A DNA stretch of 63,413 nt, counting the filler, from Aduncisulcus paluster (Eukaryota), in NCBI GenBank assembly GCA_024181965.1. It is 35 parts of 35 records of this genome, joined end to end, with 100 filler letters (N's around TTAATTAATTAA, not from the genome) between each part and the next. Parts side by side here need not be neighbours in the genome. Positions count along the whole stretch, not along the records: positions 49,268 to 50,562 come from BQXS01000611.1; positions 50,663 to 52,128 come from BQXS01000612.1; positions 52,229 to 53,444 come from BQXS01000614.1; positions 53,545 to 54,757 come from BQXS01000615.1; positions 54,858 to 55,911 come from BQXS01000616.1; positions 56,012 to 57,564 come from BQXS01000617.1; positions 57,665 to 59,005 come from BQXS01000619.1; positions 59,106 to 60,665 come from BQXS01000620.1; 27 more parts are not named here. One strand, 5' to 3'. A program made the position numbers and the translations under genes. Below are positions 49,268 through 60,765 of this stretch, piece by piece (positions within the stretch are counted from its first letter, which is position 1; every line of letters starts with the position of its first letter). Under the pieces are notes generated by a model that ran no database searches, was not told the DNA's origin, and saw only the letters and a program-made list of their open reading frames with translations.

Positions 49268-49822
49268 CCATGAGGCACAGAGCAAGGCTAACTTAATGAT
49301 AACTTCATCTTCTGAGGGCACAGCAGTTATCACCACAAGAAGGGCAGCCAGAGTGTGGGCCCTGGAGTAGAGGCTTGGGGAGAGGTCGGCAGAGATCTCT
49401 ATCATCTCTCCGGCGAGAGCGATGAGGAGGTCAACGGAGGGGAGCTCGTAATCCTCGGCATGGGCATCAGCCACTACACCGAGGTTCCTCCAGAAGGTCG
49501 GAATATCACGGGGCCTACGGTGGAGGGCGGCGACTGCGGCTGTGGCGGCGTTACTTGCTGATATCGCAAGTGGAGCTGTGGCAACCCTTCTCTTTCCCGT
49601 TCCTTTTCCCCCGCGAGAGGAACTGGAGGAGGACCGGGAGGAACTGGAGGAGGACCGGGAGGAACTGGAGGAGGACCGGGAGGAAGAGCTGCCAGCTCCA
49701 GTGGAGGAAGTGCGGGAAACCTTGACGGCTATCTGCCTCTTCTTCGTGCCAGTGGCAGCCGCCACGGTCTTATCAGCGGTTTGTTGGCTAGTCTTTTTAC
49801 CAGTTTGTTTGGTGCGTGCCAT
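49268..49822 (-). CDS. Divergent histone H3-like protein with Ser-rich tail insertion (3'-partial)
   Basis: MARTKQTGKKTS; KRQIAVKVSRTS resembles RKQLATKAARKS; possible degenerate alpha1-L1-alpha2. Confidence 0.6.
49617..49679. repeat. 21-bp perfect tandem repeat x3 (encodes SSSSSSR)
   Basis: GAGGAACTGGAGGAGGACCGG x3. Confidence 0.95.
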
Positions 49823-50077
49823 TTTGTTACAAAATTTAAGAATTTTTATATTCTTTCTGTATTCGTTTGTCCGTACAATAAATTTAGGTAAATTATATCG
49901 TATATATATCCACTGTCTTATGAATTTATTTTATCGCCCAGTTCTTATATGGAAATTCTGATGTTGCGGGGTGTAAAATTTGAATGAATTTCTCAGAACA
50001 CCAAAGTTTTCATATGCATAAAAATCGAAATTGCAAAAATTTTGTTTTATTTAATGCTTATTATTCGTGGTAACTAT

Positions 50078-50521
50078 TTATTGTTTGTAAGCGAGCCACG
50101 GAAGGTCGGCGAAGTAGGATGTGTACAATTCAAGGACTTTGACATCTGGCCATCTCTCAATGCGAGTTCTAAACTTCTCATCAGCTCTAAGTTCTTCACA
50201 TATTATCCTCTTCCTCTCGCTATCAGGCAACCTGCGGTTGTTTTTCACGTCTTTTCTATCATACTCATACTGACAGAGGGCATCGAGTAATCTCACAGCA
50301 ATCTTTTTGGAAGTGAGCTCGATGCTTGTGAAGAAGGATTTAGCAGTGGATAGGAAGGCTTCGAGGTTCTCAGCAGTAACAGTTAACTCTCCAGTTATGA
50401 GGGCTGGAATAGTGGACTGGATCATTGTGTCCATCTGAGAAAACCTACGTTTTGTTAACTGATAGACCCTTTTTAGGTTCTTATTGACCTTAACGAGTTG
50501 CTGATGATGAGTCGTTTCCAT
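50078..50521 (-). CDS. Orphan helical protein immediately upstream of the H3-like gene
   Basis: AAAATG start, 147-aa ORF, no family recognised. Confidence 0.55.
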   Translation of the reverse strand: METTHHQQLVKVNKNLKRVYQLTKRRFSQMDTMIQSTIPALITGELTVTAENLEAFLSTAKSFFTSIELTSKKIAVRLLDALCQYEYDRKDVKNNRRLPDSERKRIICEELRADEKFRTRIERWPDVKVLELYTSYFADLPWLAYKQ

Positions 50522-50662
50522 TTTCTTATACAAAAATGATAGTAGTTTTTGTGGCCATATTANNNNNNNNNNNNNNNNNNNNNNNNNNNNNNNNNNNNNN
50601 NNNNNNTTAATTAATTAANNNNNNNNNNNNNNNNNNNNNNNNNNNNNNNNNNNNNNNNNNNN

Positions 50663-52128
50663 ACATCCCTCGACCTTTCCAACAATTCCATCTCTGATGT
50701 GTCGGTTTTGATTACATCTGACTTATTCTCTGCTGATACCTTGACATCCCTCGACATCAGTGGCAACTCTATCTGTGATATCGATACTATTATTTCTCAT
50801 TTAAAATTGAAGTTTACTGCTTTAACCTCTTTAATATATTCTGAACAAACATGTTACTGCTCTTCTACTGTGTCATCTTCATCTCATCAGGTATGCCGTG
50901 AAGTTTATCAAGGTCGTTGGGCTGTTGAATGTATGCTCGGGTATTATTTAGATAAAAGCTCTGGAAAATGTATTAAAGCTTGTGATATTGGATATGAAGC
51001 TAATCAGGATGGGGAATGTTCCCTTATTTCATCATCTTCTTTATCTTATCCCAACACGGATATTTTTGCTGGAGTTAATGTTAAATCAACATCAGTGTCC
51101 AATCTATCTCGTTGTTTAGTGTGTGAAAATGATCCTTACCGTATGGCTGTTCTTGAAATTGGAGAATTATATGTTAAATGTATATGTCGTAGTGTGTTTG
51201 AAGGAAGTGATTGTTCAAATTTGACTCCCATTATTGATTCTTCTCCAAAATCCAATATATGGATATATATTCTTTCTGGGGCTATTGTTGTTATATTGAT
51301 TATTATTGGGTGTTTATTTTGCAAATATCGAAAGAAGCGTATCGTATCAAGATTATATTTGCATGATGGTATTCGAGATTCTTTACCCACTTTACCGATC
51401 AAGCCTCCGGTTGAAGAAAAAGGCCATCCTGGTTTGATTTTGGAAATTGGAAAAGATGAAGGGATCGAAATGGGTCCAGTTATTTTTGATCCTGAAAGTG
51501 CAATAATTGCGAAATCCACTGAAATTATGATTGAAACCACTGGTAACGAAATATCCCCCAAACCAAATGTTGATGATTTTCAACCGCCTCTCCAAACAAT
51601 TTCCTTGTCACAGCCTATTTCCTCAACATCTACTTCTTTGAAACCAAAATCTGTTAATATTGATTTAAAGCCAATTGAAAGACGAACCTCGGATGTTTCG
51701 CCTTCATTTTCGATTTCTTCTCCTACCCATGTGCCCAAATCTGATTCCATGACTCTAACTTCCACGTCTTCCATCACCCCCTTGGGCACCATTGGCAAGG
51801 GTGGTTTCGGTGAAGTGCAACTTGTGAAGGTCGATGGTCTCGCTTTCCCGTGTGTTTTGAAGAAGATGCTTCGTGTTGCCGATGAAAAACTTGTGAAAGA
51901 TTGTCGAAAGGAGTTCAAAATGCAGCTCAAGTTGTTTAACAATCCCAAATGTTTCAACCGAATCCCACGTCCTCTATATATCCTCGATCTTCTTGACGCA
52001 AACTTCAAGGGAAGCTTTGGATTCATCATGGAATTCTGTGTTGGAGGGAGTGTGAGTGCATTTGCAAAGACCTGGTGTGCCGATAGTAAGTATTATTCTG
52101 TCTCTCCCGATTCAAGTTCTGATGATGC
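50663..52128 (+). CDS. LRR/Cys-rich/EGF-TM-kinase receptor-like kinase (partial)
   Basis: LRR+Cys module, TM IWIYILSGAIVVILIIIGCLF-KYRKKR, IGKGGFGEV..VLKK. Confidence 0.85.
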
Positions 52129-52228
52129 NNNNNNNNNNNNNNNNNNNNNNNNNNNNNNNNNNNNNNNNNNNNTTAATTAATTAANNNNNNNNNNNNNNNN
52201 NNNNNNNNNNNNNNNNNNNNNNNNNNNN

Positions 52229-52882
52229 CAACAAGATCATACAAGGAGGCTGCTCACTATTTAAAAGAGCTTCTTGATGTCTATTATGTAATCGTATTTT
52301 TTAAGCCCCATGAATGGACTGAACAATTGGAAATTGACAAATTAAGGATCAGAAGGGGATTAAATATTCTTTCTATAGAAGTAACAACGCAACAATTGAA
52401 GCAATTAAATGAATATTGTGATAAAGTTTCGATGGGCTCCACAATTAATTTCAAAAAGCAATATTTCCATTTGAACCAAATAGTTCAACAATTTTCAACC
52501 TTGCCAATGTCTGGCGCAGCAATTGAACGCTTTTTTAGCGTCGTACATCATTGTAATATTCCGTCAAGAGCCAGTCAAACGGTATCTACACTTATGTTAA
52601 ATTCAATGAAGAAATTCAACAAAAAGCTTGGTGGACGGTTAGAAGCATATTCAGATAAGGAAGAATAAAAATAATATTTAAAATCAATAAAATATTTTTA
52701 TATATTAAAAATAACATTCCTTTTTTCAAGGAAAACAATACAATTGAATGTGGAAATGCTAACTCTAAGTGATTGACAATTAGAAAAATAAAAACAAAAT
52801 ATTTATTCATAATAGTAAAAATTATTCATATTTTCGTAATTAATTTTGTATTAGAAGCGTTATTAAAAATTAGAACCCACTG
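52229..52882 (+). mobile_element. hAT transposase C-terminal dimerisation domain (stop 52668) and putative right TIR ending 52882
   Basis: LPMSGAAIERFFS..R motif; terminal AAAAATTAGAACCCACTG (reverse complement CAGTGGGTTCTAA). Confidence 0.75.
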
Positions 52883-53780
52883 TATTTATGAGTAAAAAGA
52901 CATATATTCCACAGGAAAAAAATTAATTGGTCGAGCTCTCCTCTCTCTGATGTTCTGAAGAATGCTATAAATTATAGATAGGATTTGAAGAGCGATTCTG
53001 GGCTGGTGTGAAAGGTATATTCAAACTCTTCAAAAGGAAATCACAATGAAAAAGAGGATATGGATGCGGATCATAACATAACATCAAAAGAGAAAATCAC
53101 CTCGAGAGATATCATCTCATGGATGCCGATATCGCTGCGTTGGTGTGAAAATAAGTTTGGAACATATTGTATCTAATTTATGAGAACCTTATGAGTAAAT
53201 GTTACATTTAAAATTGATCTTTATGATAGAGCTGATGATTGCTATCGCTACTCAGGTGAAAATTTTGATCATATCTTTTTCCAGCAAGGGGATTATGAGA
53301 AATTTGCATAACAGGTGCTGGATGCATTATAGGAGCAATGGAATACAATTGCCTACCAGCTTTAGACCCCTTCTCCCCCTTCGAAGAACAGCAACAACAC
53401 TTCACGATGATCACAATTGCAACAACAACAACTGCAACACCTCCNNNNNNNNNNNNNNNNNNNNNNNNNNNNNNNNNNNNNNNNNNNNTTAATTAATTAA
53501 NNNNNNNNNNNNNNNNNNNNNNNNNNNNNNNNNNNNNNNNNNNNCAACGAAACAAGTATTAATACTGTGGGTTAATGATACCCTATTGGATATAGCGCAC
53601 AAATTTACTGAATATAATACACTCATATCGAGTTCCGGCAATGTTCCATATGCCACATTATCACTTTTTAAGCATAATTTCACACAGACACAGGATCTAC
53701 AGCATCCGCACAAAATTTCAACAAGTTAACATACAAATATTTATTGCAAATATAAAAGCATCAGTTTATTTGTATTAAAA

Positions 53781-54757
53781 ATGGATATTTCAACTCGAAT
53801 ACCACCAACTAACCAAATGATCACAAAAATCCATATGTGGTCGACAAGGGACCCAAATCCCAATGAAAACATTAACTTCCTAATCGGGATGTTTGAATCC
53901 GAAAGGATAACCCCTTGTTCTGGGATGTTCAAGAGGCCAGCGATTCAACATCGCGTTTTGCTATCAAAGGCGGCTAAAATCTTACATGATAATGGAGTTT
54001 TCGTGTTAAAACCAGTATGTAGGGATCTTAAAGTCGAACAAAGTTTGTTTGACATGAATTATATAGCACAAAACTACAAAATCGATGATAGAACGACAAA
54101 CGAACGTTTGATCGAATTATTAGCATGTGTTTTTGCTAAAATAATTATCCCCAAAAATATAGGAAAGCTCAACAACGTTGATTGTAAAAATATTGCGGCA
54201 TATCGCGTTTTGGTAGCTCTACCATGGATAAGGATGACAATTTCGGAGGATACAGAAACATGGGACTCATATCCCAACCGTTATATGGGAATAACACCCC
54301 AGTTGTGTGCCCATTTTATACGTCTAATGTGCAAGCGAATTATCCTCCCAAATACCCTCGAACGACAGGGTCCATCAGTCGACGACCTCAAAATGCGACG
54401 TCGTCAATCCGCTTCAGCCTTTGAAGAAAGGTTTGCTAACTTCGAGGGAAATGGACGAGCATGGACCCTGACATGGGGAAATTGTTACAAAATGAAGCGA
54501 ACCCCACTCTCCCAGCAGAAGATTGGAGAAATATGGCTTTCAACCCCATCTTGCCATGGTGGTTCGCTTTTCAGTTTGCCATACGCTCAAGCTCATCAAG
54601 GACAAAGGGAAGTTTGACTGTGGCTCAGCTCAAACATGCTCATAGAGCGTTCGATGAGCTCTTTATCAATGAGATCAAGCCAGCACCCAAATCTTTGAAT
54701 GTACTTAAGGCATTCGTGGGTAAGAGAATGGCTGTATCACTGTGGTACAGGTTCAAG
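53781..54757 (+). CDS. Orphan ORF, probably frameshifted (53781-54617 / 54461-end)
   Basis: Long overlapping ORFs, no family recognised. Confidence 0.4.
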
Positions 54758-54857
54758 NNNNNNNNNNNNNNNNNNNNNNNNNNNNNNNNNNNNNNNNNNN
54801 NTTAATTAATTAANNNNNNNNNNNNNNNNNNNNNNNNNNNNNNNNNNNNNNNNNNNN

Positions 54858-55435
54858 CATCCTATGTGGGACCTGAAAATATCGTGAATGATGACTGGGA
54901 AACGTCTGACGAAGTAGATATCACGGTGCGCTTACTGAAAGCAGTGCTGAATAAGTACAGCATTGATGAGAACAGGCTTTATACCACCGGGCAGTCTATG
55001 GGCGGAATGGTCTCGTTCTATCTGAATTCCAAATATACGGACCTGTTTGCCGCATCCATATTCGTCGGCAGCCAGTGGGACATCAATGTCCTCGCGCCCC
55101 TTGCCAACGATAAATTCTTTTATATTGTCTCGGCTGGTGACCCCAAGGCCTCCGGCGGTATGCGTGAACTGGGTGCTCTCTTGAAGAAGAAAGGAGTATC
55201 TTATGGCGAGACCGAATTTTCCGCCAAACTCCCGCAAAATGAACAGGAAAAGCTCATCCATGACCTTCTACGCCAAGGGCACCGTATCAATTTTGTTCAG
55301 TTCTCCAAGAATACGGTTATCCCTGAAGGCACCCATGATCGCGGCGGGGAACATCTTTATTCTTTCGATTACGCATATCAGCTCAAAGCCGTAAGGGACT
55401 GGCTCTTCCAAAAAAAAAGGAATACGCGCCAATGA
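54858..55435 (+). CDS. Bacterial alpha/beta hydrolase (predicted peptidase/esterase) C-terminus
   Basis: IDENRLYTTGQSMGG nucleophile elbow; H..F..AY...VRDWLF. Confidence 0.85.
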
Positions 55436-55505
55436 CCTTTTTGAGAAAGGCTCGTCAGCCAAGGATGACAAATCAGCCTTCACCTTTTATCTGCAATCCG
55501 CTCAA

Positions 55506-55911
55506 TTGGGATATGGTCCTGCTCAGGATAAGGTTGGATACGCATATCAGCACGGAAAAGGAGTGGCTAGAGACATCAAGGAGGCGGTCAAATGGTACCG
55601 GAAAGCGCTGGAACGTGGGGTTGAACGATCCCGTTTGAACCTTGGAATAATTTATCTAACTAGCGAAGGGATTATGAAAAATTACGAGAATGCCCTGAAA
55701 TTATTTACACAGTCATGTCAGCATGGTGACATGAAGGCCCCCCGATATCTTGGAATCATGTACGAAGATGGTTTGGGAGTTAAAATGGATTATGCCAAGG
55801 CCTATGAATATTACAAAGCTGCTTCCGATGCCGGAGATATAACCGCTGCCGCTAGACTTGGATACTTGTGTGAGAGAGGGCTGGGTGTGGAACAAAGCTA
55901 TTCAGAAGCAT
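55506..55911 (+). CDS. Bacterial Sel1-repeat protein (partial)
   Basis: AQ..VGYAYQHGKGVARD..EAVKWY, LGIMYEDGLGV repeats. Confidence 0.88.
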
Positions 55912-56011
55912 NNNNNNNNNNNNNNNNNNNNNNNNNNNNNNNNNNNNNNNNNNNNTTAATTAATTAANNNNNNNNNNNNNNNNNNNNNNNNNNNNNNNNN
56001 NNNNNNNNNNN

Positions 56012-56965
56012 TTCTTCCTTCACAGAAGCTCTTCGGGCTTTTCCAGGTTTCTTCCCTTCAGTAGCCTGAGGGGTGGAGTGTTTCTCCGGGGTAGCCGTCT
56101 TCTTGTCATCCGGCACCTCTGTCGTCCTCTCGGAGACTTCTCCCATGGCTTTGATGTCCTCAGCCGTTTGCTCAGCTGCCTTTTGGGCAACTTCCTCAGC
56201 CATCTTCTTCTTCAGAGCTTCTAGCTCTGTGGCTTGAGCCTTGAGAGCTTCAACTTCCTCGTCAGTCAGCTTGTGAGACCGAGGTGACTCTGAGAAGTCT
56301 TCTGGAGCCTCTTCGAACGATACCAGTTCGAGCATCTCGGCTTCCGCAGCGCTCTCTGATCTCCTCTTGGGATCTTCTGACTTCTGGGAAGGCTGTTTGT
56401 CTTCCCCCTCCTCAGGAGTCTTTTCAGACCCTCCATCTTGACCAGAGCTCTCTGAGCCCTCTTCATCTGACCTTCCAGGTGTCCTGGATGGATTCATTCT
56501 GGCTTTCCTCTGGGCAGCCCGACTTCCAATCGTTGACGTCTTCGTCTTCGATTTCTTCGCAGGACAGGCCATGTATACATGGCTTTTATCGACAGCTAAA
56601 GCTGTTTCGCCAGGTTCTGTTGAACCTGGGAGACCTGGTGACACATTCCCCTTCCGGGTGATGTCATGAACCAGATCTCCTCTGATGGCTTTACCTGTGC
56701 CCCCAACCTCCGTGGAGGAAGGGATGAGCACAGCACCACCAGATGGGTTAGCTTGCCGAAGGGTTCTGACCCCGGATACTGAGCTATCTTCAACGAGATG
56801 ACTCATTGTCAAATCCAGGGGAGTCTTTGACTTCCTTTTATCAGTTAACATGATAAACTTTTGTTTATCTCTGGAATCCCTTTGGGATTCGCTCGTGCCT
56901 AGAGGTTTTCCTCTTTCGGCCATCAAATCAAAAGTAAGACTATTATCACGTACAGTAAAATGCAT
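56012..56965 (-). CDS. Orphan charged low-complexity protein (3'-partial)
   Basis: AAAATG start, >300 aa open frame. Confidence 0.6.
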
Positions 56966-57310
56966 TTTGTGGTAGTACTTGCAATATAAAATAATAAAAT
57001 CTTTACAACGGATCGTAACGGTTCCACAATTTATTAAATATCTGATCGGGCGGTAATCAACCGGTACCGCCTGTGCCCAGCCGCCGCCAACATTAAAAAC
57101 TATATTTTACAACTTAAAATTAAAAATACGTTTTAATGGGTATCTAATAAATTTTATTGTCTTATTTTCTTAAATTTAATGTTGAAATGCTATTTAATGC
57201 ATTCTACGAGCAGGAAAAAGAAAAATAAAATGACTGAAACAGATTTGCCTTTATTTTACTATAAAAATTTCTTAAATAATGAAAAATGAAAAATAAAAAC
57301 AAAAAAAATG

Positions 57311-57370
57311 AAAAATCGTTGGAGTCCCCCCCCTTTTTTACATTGTAAGACAGATTAAGGGGGGGGTGTG
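57311..57370 (-). other. Second copy of the C8/G8 hairpin + ACTCCAACGATTTTT motif
   Basis: Minus strand C8TT-21nt-AAG8ACTCCAACGATTTTT. Confidence 0.75.
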
Positions 57371-57665
57371 GCGATCTCTATGGAGAAGATGCAGACAAAT
57401 TTACTCAATAAAATCTAGGCTACCACATCCTCCTCTTTCTGAAGGCGATGGGCAGAGACTTTTTCAAGCGTGAAAAATAATTACTTGTGGGATCTGGTTA
57501 GCGCAATAAGATGGCTCTAGTGGAAAACCCATAGGAAAGAATAGAATAAGAAAACCTACAAACCNNNNNNNNNNNNNNNNNNNNNNNNNNNNNNNNNNNN
57601 NNNNNNNNTTAATTAATTAANNNNNNNNNNNNNNNNNNNNNNNNNNNNNNNNNNNNNNNNNNNNC

Positions 57666-58916
57666 CACAAAATATTTATAAAATTTTCAAGGCCTATTTT
57701 TGTTAAGTCTTTCTACGTTCACACGTCAAATGGGGACGGAAATTACCAACCAGATCGTCTTAAAATTACTTTTTCTGAAGAAGGTGGTGTGGAACATGCG
57801 ACTACCCCAGATAGTACAGCAAGAAATGATGGGTGGTCTGTCATTCCCTGCCCATCTCGGAGAAAGATAGAGAGAATTGAACTCTCTATCGAGTCAAACC
57901 ATGATGGAGGATGTGATTGTCGAGTTCGTAATATCGCCGTTGAACAACTTAAGGGTGTGTTAGAAGAAGATAAAAAACAAATCCACTTGAAATCTCTCGC
58001 CAAAGACTTTCTCAAAATTATTCCTTCCGTCATTCTTGGAAAAGATGAAAAAGAGGAGAAACCACAGTTGATTGCTGAGGAAAAGGAAGGTATTCCTCCT
58101 GATTGTTCTGTAAAGTGTTCTTCAATCTCTCTCCCTGCTCACGAAATCATTCTCCGTTGCAGAATCTCCAATTTTGACAAATTCTGGGATGATTCTGCAC
58201 GTGTTCTTGATCTTAGTCAGTATGATGATGTCTCTATCCGTGGAATATTGATGTACGTCTACAGCGGATGTGCTGACTTGATCATTGCTTCTCTCTTGAA
58301 GTCAATGGCTGAGGTTGAGGATGAAAAATGTGAAGATAAAGCTGATATGGTGTCCTCAGTGTCCTCGGAGCTTCTTAAAAAGGCGATCAAGTCCACCCAA
58401 CATCTCTACTCCATCGCCAAGGATCTTGGTGTTATTGGAGTCCTTGAATTCTGTCACGATTTCATTGCTCGTAATCTCAAACCCTCAGAGCTCGACATTG
58501 AGACCGTAAAGTTTGTGATTGAGACCAAGAGTGAGATCTTACATGAGATTGTTGCTGCCTTCATTCTCCACCTTCCGTTTCCAAAAATGAAGGCCTTATT
58601 GGCACAAATTGACGATTCTTCCGTTCGAAAAATGGTTGAACTTCATCTCAAGAGTGAAATTAAGGTTGATGAAGATGAAAGCGCTGCCTCCAGTACAGGC
58701 GAGCAGGATATTATTGGTGATGTCATTGTCAAACCTTGGGATGATTTCAAGGAAGGAATGCGTGTGCATTTAAGATTGTCATCACTCACTAATGAGAATT
58801 TATTCTACGGTATCGGAACAATTTCATCAATATCAGAGAGCGATGTTATTGTCGATTTCATTGATATCAAACAAGTTACTATTCCAAAGATTGAGCTTGG
58901 AAAGGTCGTTGAATGA
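57666..58916 (+). CDS. DOC/APC10 + BTB + C-terminal SH3-like (Mib/HERC2-type) protein, 5'-partial
   Basis: HKIFIKFSRP..DGNYQP..GW..SNHDGGCDCRVRNI (DOC); LPAHEIIL..ILMYVYSG (BTB); FKEGMRV..GTI..VIVDF. Confidence 0.7.
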   Translation, partial: HKIFIKFSRPIFVKSFYVHTSNGDGNYQPDRLKITFSEEGGVEHATTPDSTARNDGWSVIPCPSRRKIERIELSIESNHDGGCDCRVRNIAVEQLKGVLEEDKKQIHLKSLAKDFLKIIPSVILGKDEKEEKPQLIAEEKEGIPPDCSVKCSSISLPAHEIILRCRISNFDKFWDDSARVLDLSQYDDVSIRGILMYVYSGCADLIIASLLKSMAEVEDEKCEDKADMVSSVSSELLKKAIKSTQHLYSIAKDLGVIGVLEFCHDFIARNLKPSELDIETVKFVIETKSEILHEIVAAFILHLPFPKMKALLAQIDDSSVRKMVELHLKSEIKVDEDESAASSTGEQDIIGDVIVKPWDDFKEGMRVHLRLSSLTNENLFYGIGTISSISESDVIVDFIDIKQVTIPKIELGKVVE

Positions 58917-59105
58917 TATTGTGATTGTCTTAAAATAGTAATTAACAATTATTTTCTCAAATATATATAGAATCTTATCGTCATATTTTTCCTCTTTTTG
59001 ATTTTNNNNNNNNNNNNNNNNNNNNNNNNNNNNNNNNNNNNNNNNNNNNTTAATTAATTAANNNNNNNNNNNNNNNNNNNNNNNNNNNNNNNNNNNNNNN
59101 NNNNN

Positions 59106-59621
59106 GGCAGATGATTCGGTCTTAACCAATGCTCTAGCAAGGCCAAAGTCGCATATCTTGATGATTGAATCGCTTCCAATGAGGATATTGGAGGGTTTGA
59201 GGTCACGATGGAGTAACCCACCACTATGGAGGAAAGACACGGCAAGGAACATCTGGTAGCTCACATATTCAAGATGCTGTTCCTGCATAATGTTATGACG
59301 AATCACAGAATGCAGATCCGCAGCCATATAAGGGAAAACCAGGTACAAATCGTGGGGATTGGAGGATTTATGAATATTCAAAAGAGGAATCACGTTAATA
59401 TGTTTCAATAAACGTAAATAATATATTTCACGATACGAGCGTTGGGCATCATGCTCATTCTGAAACACACCGATGCAACGTTTGATGGCAACAATCTTGC
59501 CGTTCCGCACATCCCTGGCCTTATAGACAACACCATAAGCTCCTTTTCCAATTTCTCTAATAATAGAATACCGCTTTGAGAGGTGAGAATCATCAGGAAG
59601 AGACATAGATTTTGGATCCAT
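59106..59621 (-). CDS. MAP kinase, ERK7/8 (MAPK15)-like, 3'-partial
   Basis: IGKGAYGVV, FQNEHDAQRSYREI, DLYLVF, DLHSVIR, HRDLKPSN, DFGLAR. Confidence 0.9.
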
Positions 59622-60021
59622 TATGCAAAAAAAATAATATTAATCGAGTGACCAAGCAGAAGGAAATAAAATAGTCGAAGTAGATCCGGATAGATTCCAA
59701 CTAAAAAACAAAGCTAGGTTTGTCTTAATCGTCAAAAAGGAGAAAGGATTCCAGAAAATCAGTGGATTACCATTTACAAAATAGATCCATTTGGAAATTT
59801 CCTTGCGTTATCAATATGATCTTCAATTTGGTTTTTATTCTCGTTCATAATGTTCTTGATTGGTAGATATGGGAAGTTGGAAAAATTTGAAATGATTTCG
59901 AGGGTCAAAAATCGACTCTGATGAAACAAAAATCCATATATTAAACAAAAAAATGAATTGAGACATACTTTATTCAACAATCATTAATAAGGCTACCCAT
60001 CATTACACACACAAAGAAATT

Positions 60022-60558
60022 CTAAGGATATTGGTGGAGCATTCGTTGCTGCTGTTGAATCAAGAACTCTTGTCGCATTGACTCTCTGATCTTTTCTTCT
60101 TTTGCCTTGTCTTCCTTTTCTTTCCTCTCACGTTCCTCTTTCTCTCTTGCTTGTCTCGCGAGATATTCCTTCTCCTTCTGTGCCTGTTTGATCGTCTCTT
60201 GCTGCTGATGAAGCAACTGTTGGGTCATTTGTGCTTGCTGTGACTGTTGAACAGCCCGTTGTGTGATAGAACTCTGGACAAATTGAGCAAGGAGAGGATC
60301 ACTAGCAACAGGAGCAGAAGTGCCTTGGTAAGCTGTCTGATGAATGACAGTCTTGGGTTGTGTTAGCAATGCGTTCATCTCTCTGATTTTGCCAGGGATA
60401 ATGCAGAGATCAATGATCCATCCAATCCCAAAGAAACCCAGAGTGCAGAAGTATAGAATACCCATACAGAAATCTCCAACATAAAACCTCTGAAGTCCTA
60501 GAATTCCAAAGGGGGGGAGACACAAAATTAATCCACAACAGGGACTTTTGAGTGACAT
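60022..60558 (-). CDS. TM2-domain protein with Gln-rich coiled coil
   Basis: GILGLQRFYVG...GILYFCTLGFFGIGWIIDL. Confidence 0.88.
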   Translation of the reverse strand: MSLKSPCCGLILCLPPFGILGLQRFYVGDFCMGILYFCTLGFFGIGWIIDLCIIPGKIREMNALLTQPKTVIHQTAYQGTSAPVASDPLLAQFVQSSITQRAVQQSQQAQMTQQLLHQQQETIKQAQKEKEYLARQAREKEERERKEKEDKAKEEKIRESMRQEFLIQQQQRMLHQYP

Positions 60559-60765
60559 TATGACAGGAAAATTGGCAGTTTGAGAAGAGGAATAGATGTC
60601 CCCAATTAATATTTTTGGGGAGGATCATGTCTCATGGAATGCCAGTGCCAGGGGACATTTCTGGANNNNNNNNNNNNNNNNNNNNNNNNNNNNNNNNNNN
60701 NNNNNNNNNTTAATTAATTAANNNNNNNNNNNNNNNNNNNNNNNNNNNNNNNNNNNNNNNNNNNN

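Noticed and set aside
28154-55911. RT plus bacterial genes as a retron/DGR/defence system
   Set aside because: RTs are Ty3/Gypsy or DIRS type and lie on separate contigs from the bacterial fragments; adjacency is artificial
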